From Candidatus Woesebacteria bacterium (GTDB lineage Bacteria; Patescibacteriota; Microgenomatia; UBA8517), in contig JAGVAE010000003.1 of the NCBI GenBank assembly GCA_020060565.1, positions 20,072 through 84,071 of the forward strand: a stretch of DNA of 64,000 bases, read 5' to 3'. The notes under the pieces are model-generated. The model was not told the DNA's origin, made no database searches, and saw only the letters and a program-made list of their open reading frames with translations. The number at the start of each line of letters is the position of its first letter. Position 1 is the stretch's first letter. Below are positions 10,248-20,371 of the stretch, piece after piece. The position numbers and the translations under genes were made by a program.

Positions 10248-10660
10248 TCTCCGTCATATATTTTTCTCGGATACTGGGGTTTAATATTACGAAGGATGGC
10301 GTTAGATTCTACCCACTTTAATAATTCTATTTCTGGGGAATTATCAATTATAGGTTTCCCATCTGATCCAATACTCATTACAAACGAGGTTTCTTCCTCT
10401 CTTAACTCATAAGGATATAGTTCAGTATTTAAATTTCCTCTGACATTTCTGTCAAGTAATTCACTAATTGTTTTTGGCTGCCCTTTTGGTTTAGGGGTGA
10501 TTCCGACCCATGTTTCAGGACTGATGCCCATAGTTTTGAATGATATCATCATTTTCAAGTCCTGTAAAACATAGAATATCAAATTGTATTGGGTTAGTAG
10601 TCCACAATTGATATACTTAAGTATATGGATAAAAAGAGAATACTCCTTACTGGTGGGCAT
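10244..10660 (-). CDS. Hypothetical protein, antisense in the ftsW-murG gap
   Basis: A 138-aa ORF fills the 377-nt gap between ftsW and murG and overlaps the murG start by about 35 nt. No recognisable motifs. Confidence 0.3.
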   Translation of the reverse strand: MPTSKEYSLFIHILKYINCGLLTQYNLIFYVLQDLKMMISFKTMGISPETWVGITPKPKGQPKTISELLDRNVRGNLNTELYPYELREEETSFVMSIGSDGKPIIDNSPEIELLKWVESNAILRNIKPQYPRKIYDGD

Positions 10661-11731
10661 GCGGCTACAACGGGAATTGCTGTGGTTGAAGAAATTAGAA
10701 AAACAGAAAAATTAAAAGATTTAGAAATCTTTTGGGTTGGTTCCCAAACTGCGATTGAAGGATCGAAAATTTCCACAATGGAATCTCAGATATTTCCAAG
10801 AATTGGAGTTTCCTTCATCCCCATTAGTGCAGGTAAAATTCAAACTAAATTTACTCGTCATACAATTCCTTCAGTTCTAAAAATCCCAGTGGGGCTCATT
10901 CAGGCATTTTGGTTTTTACTTAAAATCAGACCCAATGTTGTCCTTTCTTTTGGTGGATATTCATCCTTTCCAATAGTTCTTTGGTCTTGGTTTTTTAGGA
11001 TCCCCGTAATACTGCATGAACAAACAGTTGCGGCGGGACGGGCTTCCATCTCCTCCGCCTTTTTTGCAACAAAGATTGCACTGGCTAGAACGGAAAGCCA
11101 AAAATACTTTCCAATTGGAAAATCAATTGTTACAGGTAACCCCTTGATGTCAAATATCTTAAATATTGTTCCTAAAGATAACCCAAGCAAATCTCCCACA
11201 ATCCTTGTCATTGGAGGCTCACGTGGATCGAATTTTTTAAATGAGCTAATAACTGATATTGCAGTCAAACTTCTTTCCCAATTCACCATAATTCATGTAA
11301 CAGGAATGAGGGATTTTGAAAAAGTTGAAAAGTTTAAAGAAACGCTTCCACAAGATTTGAAACAAAATTACAAAACCTATTTATCAATAAATCCTACAGA
11401 AATGGGAAGCTACTATTCTCAGGCGGATATAATCATTAGTAGATCGGGGGCAAATTCCATTTCGGAAATTCTTTATGCAAGACGCCCCACAATATTAATA
11501 CCACTTCCTAGAACTTTCATGGGGGAGCAAGTAAAAAATGCCAGATATGCCGAGAGCTTTGGATTTTCATTCGTCTTTCTTGAGAAAGAAGCTACCCCTG
11601 AGGTAATTATTAAAGAAATAAACAAACTCTTGGCAGATTGGCAAAAGATTATGGAGAAAGCAAACGGTAAGGATAACCCTGACATAAATGCTTCAAAGAA
11701 AGTAGTAGACTTGGTTTCTACTTATATATGA
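10625..11731 (+). CDS. murG: Undecaprenyldiphospho-muramoylpentapeptide beta-N-acetylglucosaminyltransferase MurG
   Basis: N-terminal ILLTGGHAATTGIAV G-loop and a GT28 C-terminal domain (IIHVTGMRDFE...ADIIISRSGANSISE). Confidence 0.8.
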   Translation: MDKKRILLTGGHAATTGIAVVEEIRKTEKLKDLEIFWVGSQTAIEGSKISTMESQIFPRIGVSFIPISAGKIQTKFTRHTIPSVLKIPVGLIQAFWFLLKIRPNVVLSFGGYSSFPIVLWSWFFRIPVILHEQTVAAGRASISSAFFATKIALARTESQKYFPIGKSIVTGNPLMSNILNIVPKDNPSKSPTILVIGGSRGSNFLNELITDIAVKLLSQFTIIHVTGMRDFEKVEKFKETLPQDLKQNYKTYLSINPTEMGSYYSQADIIISRSGANSISEILYARRPTILIPLPRTFMGEQVKNARYAESFGFSFVFLEKEATPEVIIKEINKLLADWQKIMEKANGKDNPDINASKKVVDLVSTYI

Positions 11732-12384
11732 TAAAGAAATTTTTCTCATGGTTTGCAGTAGTTTTTGTTATGGTTTTAGTTTTATCTCCATTTTTAATAA
11801 CCCAGTTTTTGATTAAAGTAAAAATAGAATGCTTAAGTCAATTTGGACAATGTCCACTCGAAGTAAACTCTAAACTCGAAATTCTAAACTCTAAGAATTT
11901 ATGGCAGACAAAATCAGAAATTGCAAAAATTTTAAAAAAAGATTCATTGATTTCTGATTTTTCAATGCAATACAAGCTTCCTAATATTCTTCAAGTTAAT
12001 CTATTAGTAAAAAAGCCTATGTTTGCAATTAAAGATGCGTCATTGGGTAAAATATTTACGGTTGACGCGACTGGAAATATTCTTTCTGAAGTATCATCAA
12101 CCACGCTTCCTATGGTTGTACAAAATGACCAGATGATAAATACATACACACTTAATCTCATGCTTGGTATATATCAAATGTATCAAGTAGGATATGGAAC
12201 GATAGTAAATGATGCTTTGGTTGTTGATATACCTAATGGACTTAGAGTAATATTTCCAGTAAGAGGTGATGAACCTGAGGTTTTGCTTGGTGCATTAAGA
12301 TTAATATATTCGAAAGTTACGACAGAATATGCAGGGGTCTATTCTGAGATTGACATGAGGTACAAGAATCCTGTATTAAGGTAG
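11728..12384 (+). CDS. ftsQ: Cell division protein FtsQ/DivIB-like (POTRA)
   Basis: Single N-terminal TM segment and a small periplasmic domain; lies between murG and ftsA; starts with an ATGA overlap. Confidence 0.55.
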   Translation: MIKKFFSWFAVVFVMVLVLSPFLITQFLIKVKIECLSQFGQCPLEVNSKLEILNSKNLWQTKSEIAKILKKDSLISDFSMQYKLPNILQVNLLVKKPMFAIKDASLGKIFTVDATGNILSEVSSTTLPMVVQNDQMINTYTLNLMLGIYQMYQVGYGTIVNDALVVDIPNGLRVIFPVRGDEPEVLLGALRLIYSKVTTEYAGVYSEIDMRYKNPVLR

Positions 12385-12404
12385 TATTGTAAGTAAAAAG
12401 ACAT

Positions 12405-13670
12405 ATGACTAAATCACGAATTATTGCAGGAATTGAGTTGGGATCAAATAAAATTGCTACTTTAATTTCCCAAGTTGCGGTTGACCCCATTACAATGGAG
12501 ACTTCAATTAATATTATGGGTGCAGCTTCTTCTGAATCTCGAGGAATTAAAAAAGGACAGATAGTTGATATTGAAGATGCAGTTGAGGCAATAATCTCAT
12601 CGGTTGAAGCAGCTGAAAGAATGGCGGGATATAACCTTGAATCAGCCTATATTGCTTTGGGGGGAGCCCACATTCATTCACAAAACAGTCATGGTGTTGT
12701 TGCCATCTCAGAACCAAACGGTGAGATAAATCAAAATGATGTGGATCGTGCAATAGAGGCCGCATCAGCAGTATCCATGCCAACTTCTCGTGAGATCGTA
12801 CACGTTTTACCGAGAGAATATGTGGTTGATGGTGAAGCAGGGGTTCATGACCCAGTGGGCATGAATGGAGTAAGGTTGGAAGTTGACACACATATAGTAT
12901 CAGCGGGTGCATCAGCTATAAAGAACGTAAGAAAAGCGGTAAATGAAGTAGGAATTCAAATTGAAGATTTGGTTTTTTCAGGAATTGCCTCGGCAGAAGC
13001 AGTACTTTCACCAACAGAAAAAGAATTAGGGTGTGTTTTAATTGATATTGGTGGCGGAACAACTTCAATAGCTGCATATATTGATGGATCATTAAGTTAT
13101 TCAGGAGTAATCCCAGTGGGGGCAAAAAATGTAACCAATGATTTAGCAATTGGTCTTAGGGTTTCTTTAGAAACCGCAGAAAAAATAAAATTAGCACTAT
13201 CTTCTAAAAAGAAAGTAGAAGAGTCAGATGAAATGGATTTGGTAAGTCTTGGTGTAACTGAAGTAACTAAAATTTCAAGGAAAACTCTTTTGGAAGGAAT
13301 TATAAGACCGCGTATGAATGAAATTTTTACAATGGTTAGAATGGAGTTGGATAGGGAAGGACTTGCAAATAGAATTCCTTCAGGAGCGATAATCACAGGC
13401 GGTGGATCAGAAACCGCAGGAGCAGTTGAATCAGCAAAAAGAATGTTAAGTTTACCCGTAAGAGCAGGGATCCCAACAGGTGTAACAGGACTGATTGATG
13501 ATGTGATAAATCCATCTTTTTCTACATGTGTGGGACTTATTCTTTATGGTGCGCGCGATATACCTCAAAACGAAAACTTGACAAGATTTACAAAAAAGAT
13601 AAAACTACCAGGTGCGGCCAGTGGAATGTTTGGAAAAATAATTTCGTCAATTAAGGATTTATTGCCTTAG
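12405..13670 (+). CDS. ftsA: Cell division protein FtsA
   Basis: Actin-like ATPase fold (IAGIELGSNKI...; DIGGGTTSIAAY); immediately upstream of ftsZ. Confidence 0.85.
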   Translation: MTKSRIIAGIELGSNKIATLISQVAVDPITMETSINIMGAASSESRGIKKGQIVDIEDAVEAIISSVEAAERMAGYNLESAYIALGGAHIHSQNSHGVVAISEPNGEINQNDVDRAIEAASAVSMPTSREIVHVLPREYVVDGEAGVHDPVGMNGVRLEVDTHIVSAGASAIKNVRKAVNEVGIQIEDLVFSGIASAEAVLSPTEKELGCVLIDIGGGTTSIAAYIDGSLSYSGVIPVGAKNVTNDLAIGLRVSLETAEKIKLALSSKKKVEESDEMDLVSLGVTEVTKISRKTLLEGIIRPRMNEIFTMVRMELDREGLANRIPSGAIITGGGSETAGAVESAKRMLSLPVRAGIPTGVTGLIDDVINPSFSTCVGLILYGARDIPQNENLTRFTKKIKLPGAASGMFGKIISSIKDLLP

Positions 13671-13748
13671 GATAAAATCTTCTGCCCAAAGTATCGTTCG
13701 CTTGTTTTTTACTCCTGCTTTAGATACAATGCGGCGACACATATAAAT

Positions 13749-14909
13749 ATGGCACTTGTTAAACCAGATAGCGCAAGAATAGCAAAAATAAAAGTAATTG
13801 GAGTGGGTGGTGGTGGTGGAAATGCAATCTCCTCCATGATTGATTCGGGAAACATAAGTGGGGTTGAATTCATTGCAATTAATACGGATGCCCAAGTACT
13901 TCTTCAGAGTAAAGCCCCAACAAAACTTCAGATAGGTGAAAAATTAACAAAGGGACTTGGAGTTGGTGGAAATCCTGAAATAGGAACTCAAGCAGCGGAG
14001 GAATCAGTAGAGAAAATAAAAGAACTTCTAATTGATAGCGATATGGTTTTTGTTACAGCAGGAATGGGTGGGGGAACAGGAACAGGAGCAGCTCCAGTTA
14101 TTGCCCAACTTGCAAAAGAAGCAGGAGCCCTAACAGTTGGGGTTGTGACAAAACCATTTGCATTTGAAGGAACCAGGCGTGCAGTAGCAGCTGAGGATGG
14201 AATTGAAAAATTAAAAGAAACAACGGATACCTTAATAGTTATACCAAATCAAAGATTGATGGATGTTATTGATCGCAAGATGACACTTATTGAAGCGTTT
14301 AAGGTAGTTGACTCGGTATTAGGTCAAGCAGTTGGAGGAATTGCAGACATAATTACCACCGCGGGACTTGTCAACGTTGACTTTGCCGACGTCAAAACCA
14401 TTATGAAAGATGCAGGAAGCGCTCTTCTTGGAATTGGAACGGGGGTTGGAGAAAATAGAGCCCAAATGGCGGCCAGAGCAGCTGTATCATCCCCACTTCT
14501 TGATCTTTCAATAGAAGGAGCTAGAGGTGTCTTGTTTAATATCGCAGGCGGAAATGATCTAACAATGTTTGAGGTTGATGAGGCTGCAAGAATAATTAGT
14601 GGGGCAGCAGACCCCGATGCAAACGTTATCTTTGGAGCAGTTATTAAATCAGACTTAACCGATCAAGTCAGAATTACAGTCATAGCCACTGGATTTGATG
14701 AAACCAGAAGTAGAATTGCTCAAATGAGACAGCCCACACAAACTCCAATAGTCCAAGGGGTGGTTAGTGAGCCAATAAGACAAGATAATAATGTAACAGA
14801 ACAAGAGGAAGAAACAAAAAATGACCAACTAGATAATCAAAGGAGTGATGACAATGACACTTTTGGAGAAAAATTTGAAATCCCTGCTTTCCTACGCAAA
14901 ATCCACTAA
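13749..14909 (+). CDS. ftsZ: Cell division GTPase FtsZ
   Basis: Tubulin signature [10 protein letters not shown]; T7 loop region NVDFADV. Confidence 0.9.
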   Translation: MALVKPDSARIAKIKVIGVGGGGGNAISSMIDSGNISGVEFIAINTDAQVLLQSKAPTKLQIGEKLTKGLGVGGNPEIGTQAAEESVEKIKELLIDSDMVFVTAGMGGGTGTGAAPVIAQLAKEAGALTVGVVTKPFAFEGTRRAVAAEDGIEKLKETTDTLIVIPNQRLMDVIDRKMTLIEAFKVVDSVLGQAVGGIADIITTAGLVNVDFADVKTIMKDAGSALLGIGTGVGENRAQMAARAAVSSPLLDLSIEGARGVLFNIAGGNDLTMFEVDEAARIISGAADPDANVIFGAVIKSDLTDQVRITVIATGFDETRSRIAQMRQPTQTPIVQGVVSEPIRQDNNVTEQEEETKNDQLDNQRSDDNDTFGEKFEIPAFLRKIH

Positions 14910-14911
14910 AT

Positions 14912-15415
14912 ATGACAATAGAAAGACATAATCCAGCCAAAGAAATAAAAGGTGCTAAAACAATAACTGAAGTTGAACTAATTCAATCTGCACAATCTTT
15001 TTTGGAGGCTAATGAATCAGCTGAAGGCAAAAATAGATTGGGTTTTTCATCACTGAAACCTGGAGATTTTAATATATGTTCTATTGGTAGGGTCATGATT
15101 TCAGGTGATTTTTTGAGAGTAGTCGAACCTCTTTACTCATTTTTTTATTCGGATAAACAAGGAGAAGTACTTGCGGTAAGATATAGGAGTAAAACAAAAA
15201 CTACGAAGGATAACCCTAATTTTTTCCTGACTGCAAGAAATAACAAAAATTGTAATGTCTTTGAGCTTAGGAAGATTACAAAGACAGGAAATTACATAGA
15301 GGATGTAGGTATGAGCGATCCCATAACAATAAGTTCAGATGATATCCCAACATTTAAATACATTGACGTACTTCGTAGCCTTATAATAGCTGAAACTAAA
15401 GCTGTAACTAGTTGA
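14912..15415 (+). CDS. Hypothetical protein, translationally coupled to ftsZ
   Basis: A 167-aa ORF starts 2 nt after the ftsZ stop. No recognisable domain. Confidence 0.45.
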   Translation: MTIERHNPAKEIKGAKTITEVELIQSAQSFLEANESAEGKNRLGFSSLKPGDFNICSIGRVMISGDFLRVVEPLYSFFYSDKQGEVLAVRYRSKTKTTKDNPNFFLTARNNKNCNVFELRKITKTGNYIEDVGMSDPITISSDDIPTFKYIDVLRSLIIAETKAVTS

Positions 15416-15638
15416 CTTGTAAACTTTAAACTACAACGGTAAAAAAGGGAATAAAAATATGTACAAAGACAGCTAATGAGATAAGAAATTATGTAGCTAG
15501 TGATTTGGTAAAATTTGGGAGAGTTTCACTTAGACATGCAAGAATCTATAGGTCAGTGGCCGCTGATGATTACTATTACCATACAGAAATTGACCCCAAT
15601 TTTTATCGTGGAGGAGGTTGCGCGGTTGACAGACGCGG

Positions 15639-15667
15639 TTAACAAACACATCATTATATAGTAGAAT
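15639..15667 (+). promoter_or_regulatory. Sigma-70-like promoter for ileS (TTAACA-17-TAGAAT)
   Basis: -35 TTAACA at 15639-15644, a 17-nt spacer, and -10 TAGAAT at 15662-15667. The ATG at 15676 implies a very short leader. Confidence 0.4.
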
Positions 15668-15675
15668 AGCTTCAT

Positions 15676-18633
15676 ATGGCCAAGAGCAAGCCCTATTTTG
15701 ATCCAGTTGAGCTTAATGTGAGCTTTTCTGAGCTTGAAAAAAAGCTTCTTTCTGAGTGGTACAAGAAAGGTATTGTCAAAAAGTATCTTGAGCGCAATAT
15801 TGCTTCCAAAAAATATTTCTCCTTCTTTGATGGTCCCATTACAGCCAATAACCCAATGGGAGTGCACCATGCCTGGGGAAGGACTTACAAAGATTTATGG
15901 CGCAGGTTTAAAAACATGCAAGGATATAGGCAATCTTTTCAAAATGGTTTTGACTGCCAAGGACTTTGGGTTGAGGTGGAAGTTGAAAAAGAATTAGGTT
16001 TTAAGTTCAAAAAAGACATTGAAACATTTGGAGTAGCTAAATTTGTCCAACTTTGTAAAGATCGTGTCAAGAAATATTCAGGTATCCAAACAGAACAAAC
16101 AAAAAGATTGGGTAGCTTCATGGACTGGGATCATTCCTATTACACCTTGAGTGATGACAATAACTATATGATTTGGCATTTTCTTAAGGTTTGTGCAGAT
16201 AAAGGTTGGATATATAAAGGAGCAGATTCAGTTCCTTGGTGCCCAAGGTGTGAAACAGCTATAAGCCAGCACGAGATGCTGACCGAAGATTATAAAGAGC
16301 TGACCCATCAATCAGTTTATTTAGCGTTTCCAATTGTAGGGCAAACTGATGAGTATTTAATGGTTTGGACAACAACCCCCTGGACAATACCAGCAAATAT
16401 TGCAATTGCTGTTGATGTGGATTTGGATTATTCACAAGTAGAAATTGGAAAAAGAAAATATTGGATAGCAAAGGATGCAAAAGACAGAGTACTAGCAGGA
16501 ACTCCACACAAAGTATTAAAAACCGTAAGAGGATCAAAACTTGTTGGTCTTAAATATACTGGAGCTTTTGATGATTTGCCAAAAGTTAGTGAGGTTGCAA
16601 GAGGGAAGAATGACAGATTCCATGTAGTGGTTGCCACTGACAGTATGATTATGCCAATTACAACAACTGAGGGAACAGGCATGGTTCACACTGCAGTTTC
16701 TGCAGGAACTGAAGATTTTAAACTGGGACAAAGGTTGAATCTTCCCATGATTCCCATAATTGAAGACGATGCTTCATATATGCCGAATTTAGGGGAATTT
16801 TCAGGATTAAATGCAAAAAAGCACCCTGAACTTATCTTGGACTATCTTAAAAAATTGGATTCAGAAGGAAAACATTTCTATCTTAAGATTGAAAACTACA
16901 CCCATAGATATCCTGCCTGTTGGAGATGTAAAACTGAACTTGTGTGGAAAGTAACTGACGAATGGTATATAGCCATGGATAAGCCTGGCGTATCTGATAC
17001 ACGAACGTTGCGGGAAAGAATGAAAGCTGCTGCTGACAAAATTAGTTGGGTACCTTCTTTTGGTAAAGAAAGAGAAATGGATTGGCTTAACAATATGCAC
17101 GATTGGTTGATTAGTAAAAAGAACAGATATTGGGGTCTAGCACTTCCCATTTGGGAATGCTCTAAATGCAAAAACTTTGAAGTAATAGGAAGCAAAGAGG
17201 AATTAAGAGAAAGGGCAGTTGAGGGCTGGAAAAGTTTTGAAGGTAAAACCCCTCATAAACCACAGATTGATGAGGTAAAGATAAAATGTTCAAAGTGTGG
17301 TGAATTGGCCTCAAGAATAGAACCAGTGGGTAACCCCTGGCTTGATGCAGGAATAGTAGCCTTCTCAACAGTTAGTAAAAACAATGAAGCCTGTAACTTT
17401 GAATCAACAAAAACAAAACCTTTATATTTAACAGATAAAAAATCTTGGAGAAATTGGTTTCCTGCAGATTTCATTACAGAAAGCTTTCCAGGACAGTTTA
17501 AGAATTGGTTTTATTCAATGATTGCAATGAGCACTGTTCTTGAAGATACAGCTCCTATGAAAAATGTTTTAGGTTATGCAAGTTTGGTTGGTGAGGATGG
17601 GCGCCCCATGCACAAAAGTTGGGGAAACGCAATTGAGTTTAATGAAGGAGCAGATAAAGTTGGAGCAGATGTTATGAGATGGCTGTTTGTTAGACAGAAC
17701 CCCGCGGAAAATCTTCTTTTTGGTTATAGAGTAGCTGATGAAACCAGAAGAAAATTCCATCTTAAGCTTTGGAATGTCTACAATTTCTTTGTCACTTATG
17801 CTAACTTAGATGGTTTTCAACCATCTAAAGGTGAAAGGTTAAAGGTAAAAAGTAAAAGCGTTCTAGACAGTTGGATATTATCAAGACTTAATCAAACAAT
17901 TTCAGGAGTAACCAGTGGTCTTGAAAAGTATGATGCTTACTGTTCTAGTGGTGAGATTGAAAAATTTGTTGATGATTTATCACTTTGGTACATAAGACGC
18001 TCTCGTGACAGAGTAGGTCCTGCTGCGGAATCGCCAAAAGATAAGAACAACTTTTATTCTACAACCTACTATGTTTTAGTTACCCTCTCAAAACTCCTGG
18101 CACCATTCTTGCCCTATCTTTCTGAAACTATTTATAAAAACCTAACAAAGGAAGCCTCAGTTCATTTTGTAGATTGGCCAAAAATTAGCTCAAAAGTAAA
18201 AATAAATAAAGAGTTAATAGAGGAAATGCAAAAGGCCCGAGATCTTGTGGAAAAAGCCCACTCAATACGTAAAGAACAAATGATTGCAGTGCGTCAGCCT
18301 CTTAATTCATATGCGTCAACTACAAAACCAATTTCAAAAAATCTTGAATATTTAATAAAGGACGAAATAAACGTAAAGAATTTAACTTGGAATTCTAAAA
18401 CCGATAAACTGGACACAAAAATTACTAAAGAGCTAGAAGAAGAAGCATCGGTTCGTGAACTTATGCGTAAGATTCAAGACGAAAGAAAAAAATTGGGACT
18501 GGATCTTACACAAAAAGCTGATGTAACAATTGAGAAGTTACCAACCAACTCTAAACTTGTTATTTGGATGAATAAGAAAGCACAGATAGCTAATTTGAAG
18601 GTAGGAAAGTTTAAGGTGGTAAAAGCCCCCTAA
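15676..18633 (+). CDS. ileS: Class I aminoacyl-tRNA synthetase, most likely isoleucyl-tRNA synthetase
   Basis: 985 aa. The N-terminus has a degenerate HIGH region (PMGVHHAWGRT) followed by GFDCQGLWVEVEVEKELG, which resembles IleRS GWDCHGLPIE. A WCPRCETAI zinc knuckle and a KMSKS-like MHKSWGNAIEF are present. The Ile/Val/Leu family is certain; Ile specificity is inferred. Confidence 0.6.
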   Translation: MAKSKPYFDPVELNVSFSELEKKLLSEWYKKGIVKKYLERNIASKKYFSFFDGPITANNPMGVHHAWGRTYKDLWRRFKNMQGYRQSFQNGFDCQGLWVEVEVEKELGFKFKKDIETFGVAKFVQLCKDRVKKYSGIQTEQTKRLGSFMDWDHSYYTLSDDNNYMIWHFLKVCADKGWIYKGADSVPWCPRCETAISQHEMLTEDYKELTHQSVYLAFPIVGQTDEYLMVWTTTPWTIPANIAIAVDVDLDYSQVEIGKRKYWIAKDAKDRVLAGTPHKVLKTVRGSKLVGLKYTGAFDDLPKVSEVARGKNDRFHVVVATDSMIMPITTTEGTGMVHTAVSAGTEDFKLGQRLNLPMIPIIEDDASYMPNLGEFSGLNAKKHPELILDYLKKLDSEGKHFYLKIENYTHRYPACWRCKTELVWKVTDEWYIAMDKPGVSDTRTLRERMKAAADKISWVPSFGKEREMDWLNNMHDWLISKKNRYWGLALPIWECSKCKNFEVIGSKEELRERAVEGWKSFEGKTPHKPQIDEVKIKCSKCGELASRIEPVGNPWLDAGIVAFSTVSKNNEACNFESTKTKPLYLTDKKSWRNWFPADFITESFPGQFKNWFYSMIAMSTVLEDTAPMKNVLGYASLVGEDGRPMHKSWGNAIEFNEGADKVGADVMRWLFVRQNPAENLLFGYRVADETRRKFHLKLWNVYNFFVTYANLDGFQPSKGERLKVKSKSVLDSWILSRLNQTISGVTSGLEKYDAYCSSGEIEKFVDDLSLWYIRRSRDRVGPAAESPKDKNNFYSTTYYVLVTLSKLLAPFLPYLSETIYKNLTKEASVHFVDWPKISSKVKINKELIEEMQKARDLVEKAHSIRKEQMIAVRQPLNSYASTTKPISKNLEYLIKDEINVKNLTWNSKTDKLDTKITKELEEEASVRELMRKIQDERKKLGLDLTQKADVTIEKLPTNSKLVIWMNKKAQIANLKVGKFKVVKAP

Positions 18634-19670
18634 TGTTTAAAGATATAGGTTTATCTATTTCAGTAATATTTTTAATAGCACTTAGTGTATTTATCCTCAA
18701 TTCTGTAGCTCCCACAATCTTTCCGTCGTATATAATTTACATAGTTTTGGCTCTACTTTCATTTTGGTTTTTCTCATTGATAGGTTTTGAAATAATTTCT
18801 CTTTTTTCAACTCATTTATATATTCTTTCAATATTTCTTTTGGTTGTAACACTAATTATAGGGCAAGTGACTAATGGGACAGTCCGCTGGATTCCAATAG
18901 GGTCATTTACTCTTCAACCATCAGAAATAGCCAGACCATTTTTGCTCGTATTTTTTGCAACATATCTAACTAAAGAAAAAGTAACTTTTAAAAGATTCCT
19001 AAAAGCTATGCTTCTTGTATTGGTTCCTACAGCATTGATTTTTATACAACCTTCACTAGGAGTATCAATATTAACAATAATAGGGTTTTTAGGCGTCCTA
19101 ATTGCCTCAGAATTTAATAAAAAATATTTATTGGTAGGAGCTATTGGTAGCCTTCTTCTTATTCCAATATTTTGGCAAGTAATGGCACCATATCAAAGAC
19201 AAAGACTAACAACCTTTTTAAATCCAACGTCAGACCCTTTGGGTGCGGGATATAACAGCATTCAATCAACCATTGCTGCAGGTGCAGGAGAACTAACTGG
19301 TAGGGGACTAGGAAGAGGGGTTCAAACACAACTATCATTTCTTCCAGAAAAACAGACTGACTTTATCTTTGCAGCAGTCGGGGAGGAACTTGGTTTTGTT
19401 GGAACTGGTCTAATGTTAATAGTAACATTCATGATTCTTTTTAGACTTACAAAATTTATGGAAAACTCAGCCTCACCTGCAGCCAGAGCCTATCTTAGTG
19501 GATTTTTCCTTATTTACCTAGTTCAAGTATTTGTGCATGCTGGGATGAACATTGGAATTTTTCCAGTAACAGGAATTCCCTTTCCATTGGTTTCTGCGGG
19601 AGGATCTTCTCTTCTTGCCACAATGATGGCATTAGGGATTGCACTCGGAGCCTATAGAAGAAACAATTAG
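18633..19670 (+). CDS. SEDS family protein (RodA/FtsW paralog)
   Basis: Polytopic membrane protein with SEDS motifs (WIPIGSFTLQPSEIARP; PEKQTDFIFAAVGEELG; PFPLVSAGGSS). It is the second SEDS gene in the window. Confidence 0.7.
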   Translation: MFKDIGLSISVIFLIALSVFILNSVAPTIFPSYIIYIVLALLSFWFFSLIGFEIISLFSTHLYILSIFLLVVTLIIGQVTNGTVRWIPIGSFTLQPSEIARPFLLVFFATYLTKEKVTFKRFLKAMLLVLVPTALIFIQPSLGVSILTIIGFLGVLIASEFNKKYLLVGAIGSLLLIPIFWQVMAPYQRQRLTTFLNPTSDPLGAGYNSIQSTIAAGAGELTGRGLGRGVQTQLSFLPEKQTDFIFAAVGEELGFVGTGLMLIVTFMILFRLTKFMENSASPAARAYLSGFFLIYLVQVFVHAGMNIGIFPVTGIPFPLVSAGGSSLLATMMALGIALGAYRRNN

Positions 19671-20005
19671 TATCTACCAGTGTCGTTTTCGATTTCTTCT
19701 AAATTTTGCCGTCTATGTGGTTGTGAAATTGCTCCTGTTTTGATGTTTAATCTGTCATTATTGTTTGATAGTGTTCTTGTTTGTATAGAACTCAAAGGAC
19801 TTGATTCTCCGTCGGAAGGAAGAATCATTCTTTCATGTCCTTCTTCAGGTTCAAGTCTGTGAGATAGATAAATATTTATACAATTTCTAACTGTATTTTC
19901 TGGCAACCCAAGAGTTTTGATTAGTCCCTTAATATTCAAAATTTCTCCTACGTGTTTATCGAATTCATCAGTGATCAGTTGTAGCCTGTTAATTCTATCA
20001 ATCAT
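19667..20005 (-). CDS. Hypothetical protein
   Basis: A 112-aa ORF convergent with the SEDS gene. No recognisable domain. Confidence 0.3.
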   Translation of the reverse strand: MIDRINRLQLITDEFDKHVGEILNIKGLIKTLGLPENTVRNCINIYLSHRLEPEEGHERMILPSDGESSPLSSIQTRTLSNNNDRLNIKTGAISQPHRRQNLEEIENDTGRY

Positions 20006-20007
20006 GC

Positions 20008-20036
20008 TTGTAAATATACCTTTTTTCGATTAAAAT
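20008..20036 (+). promoter_or_regulatory. Sigma-70-like promoter for rplU (TTGTAA-17-TAAAAT)
   Basis: -35 at 20008-20013, a 17-nt spacer, -10 at 20031-20036, about 11 nt before the ATG at 20048. Confidence 0.45.
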
Positions 20037-20047
20037 ACAAGTCTAAT

Positions 20048-20371
20048 ATGGCAAAACAAACACCTAGGAGCAAATACGCAGTAATTAGACTACAAGGAAA
20101 GCAGTACAAGGTTTCTGAGGGTGAGGAAATTTTGGTCGACAAAATGAACGACCTGAAAGTCACCCCCGAAGTTCTTTTGGTTGCCGATGGAGATAGTATA
20201 AAGGTGGGTAAACCACTTGTTAAAGATGCCAAAGTTAGCATCAAGATAGTTAAGGATTTTGAAAAAGGAGAGAAAATAGAGGTATATCACTTCAAAGCCA
20301 AAAGTAGGTATAAGAAACATACAGGTTTTCGCCCCCAATACACCAGAGTTTTGGTTGAAAAAATTGCTTAA
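20048..20371 (+). CDS. rplU: 50S ribosomal protein L21
   Basis: KYAVIRLQGKQYKVSEGEEILVDK...HTGFRPQYTRVLVEKI matches the L21 family. Confidence 0.85.
   Translation: MAKQTPRSKYAVIRLQGKQYKVSEGEEILVDKMNDLKVTPEVLLVADGDSIKVGKPLVKDAKVSIKIVKDFEKGEKIEVYHFKAKSRYKKHTGFRPQYTRVLVEKIA

Noticed and set aside
15416-15675. Possible T-box leader upstream of ileS (GGAGGAGGTTGCGCGG superficially resembles the T-box core; GC-rich palindrome CAGTGGCCGCTG nearby)
   Set aside because: No matching antiterminator/terminator pairing, no convincing specifier-loop/stem I architecture, and the best promoter match leaves almost no leader. Only a covariance-model search (Rfam RF00230) could overturn this.
15553-15870. Minus-strand 105-aa ORF overlapping the ileS start and its promoter
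   Set aside because: It is antisense to a strongly supported aaRS start and has low-complexity composition. Likely spurious.
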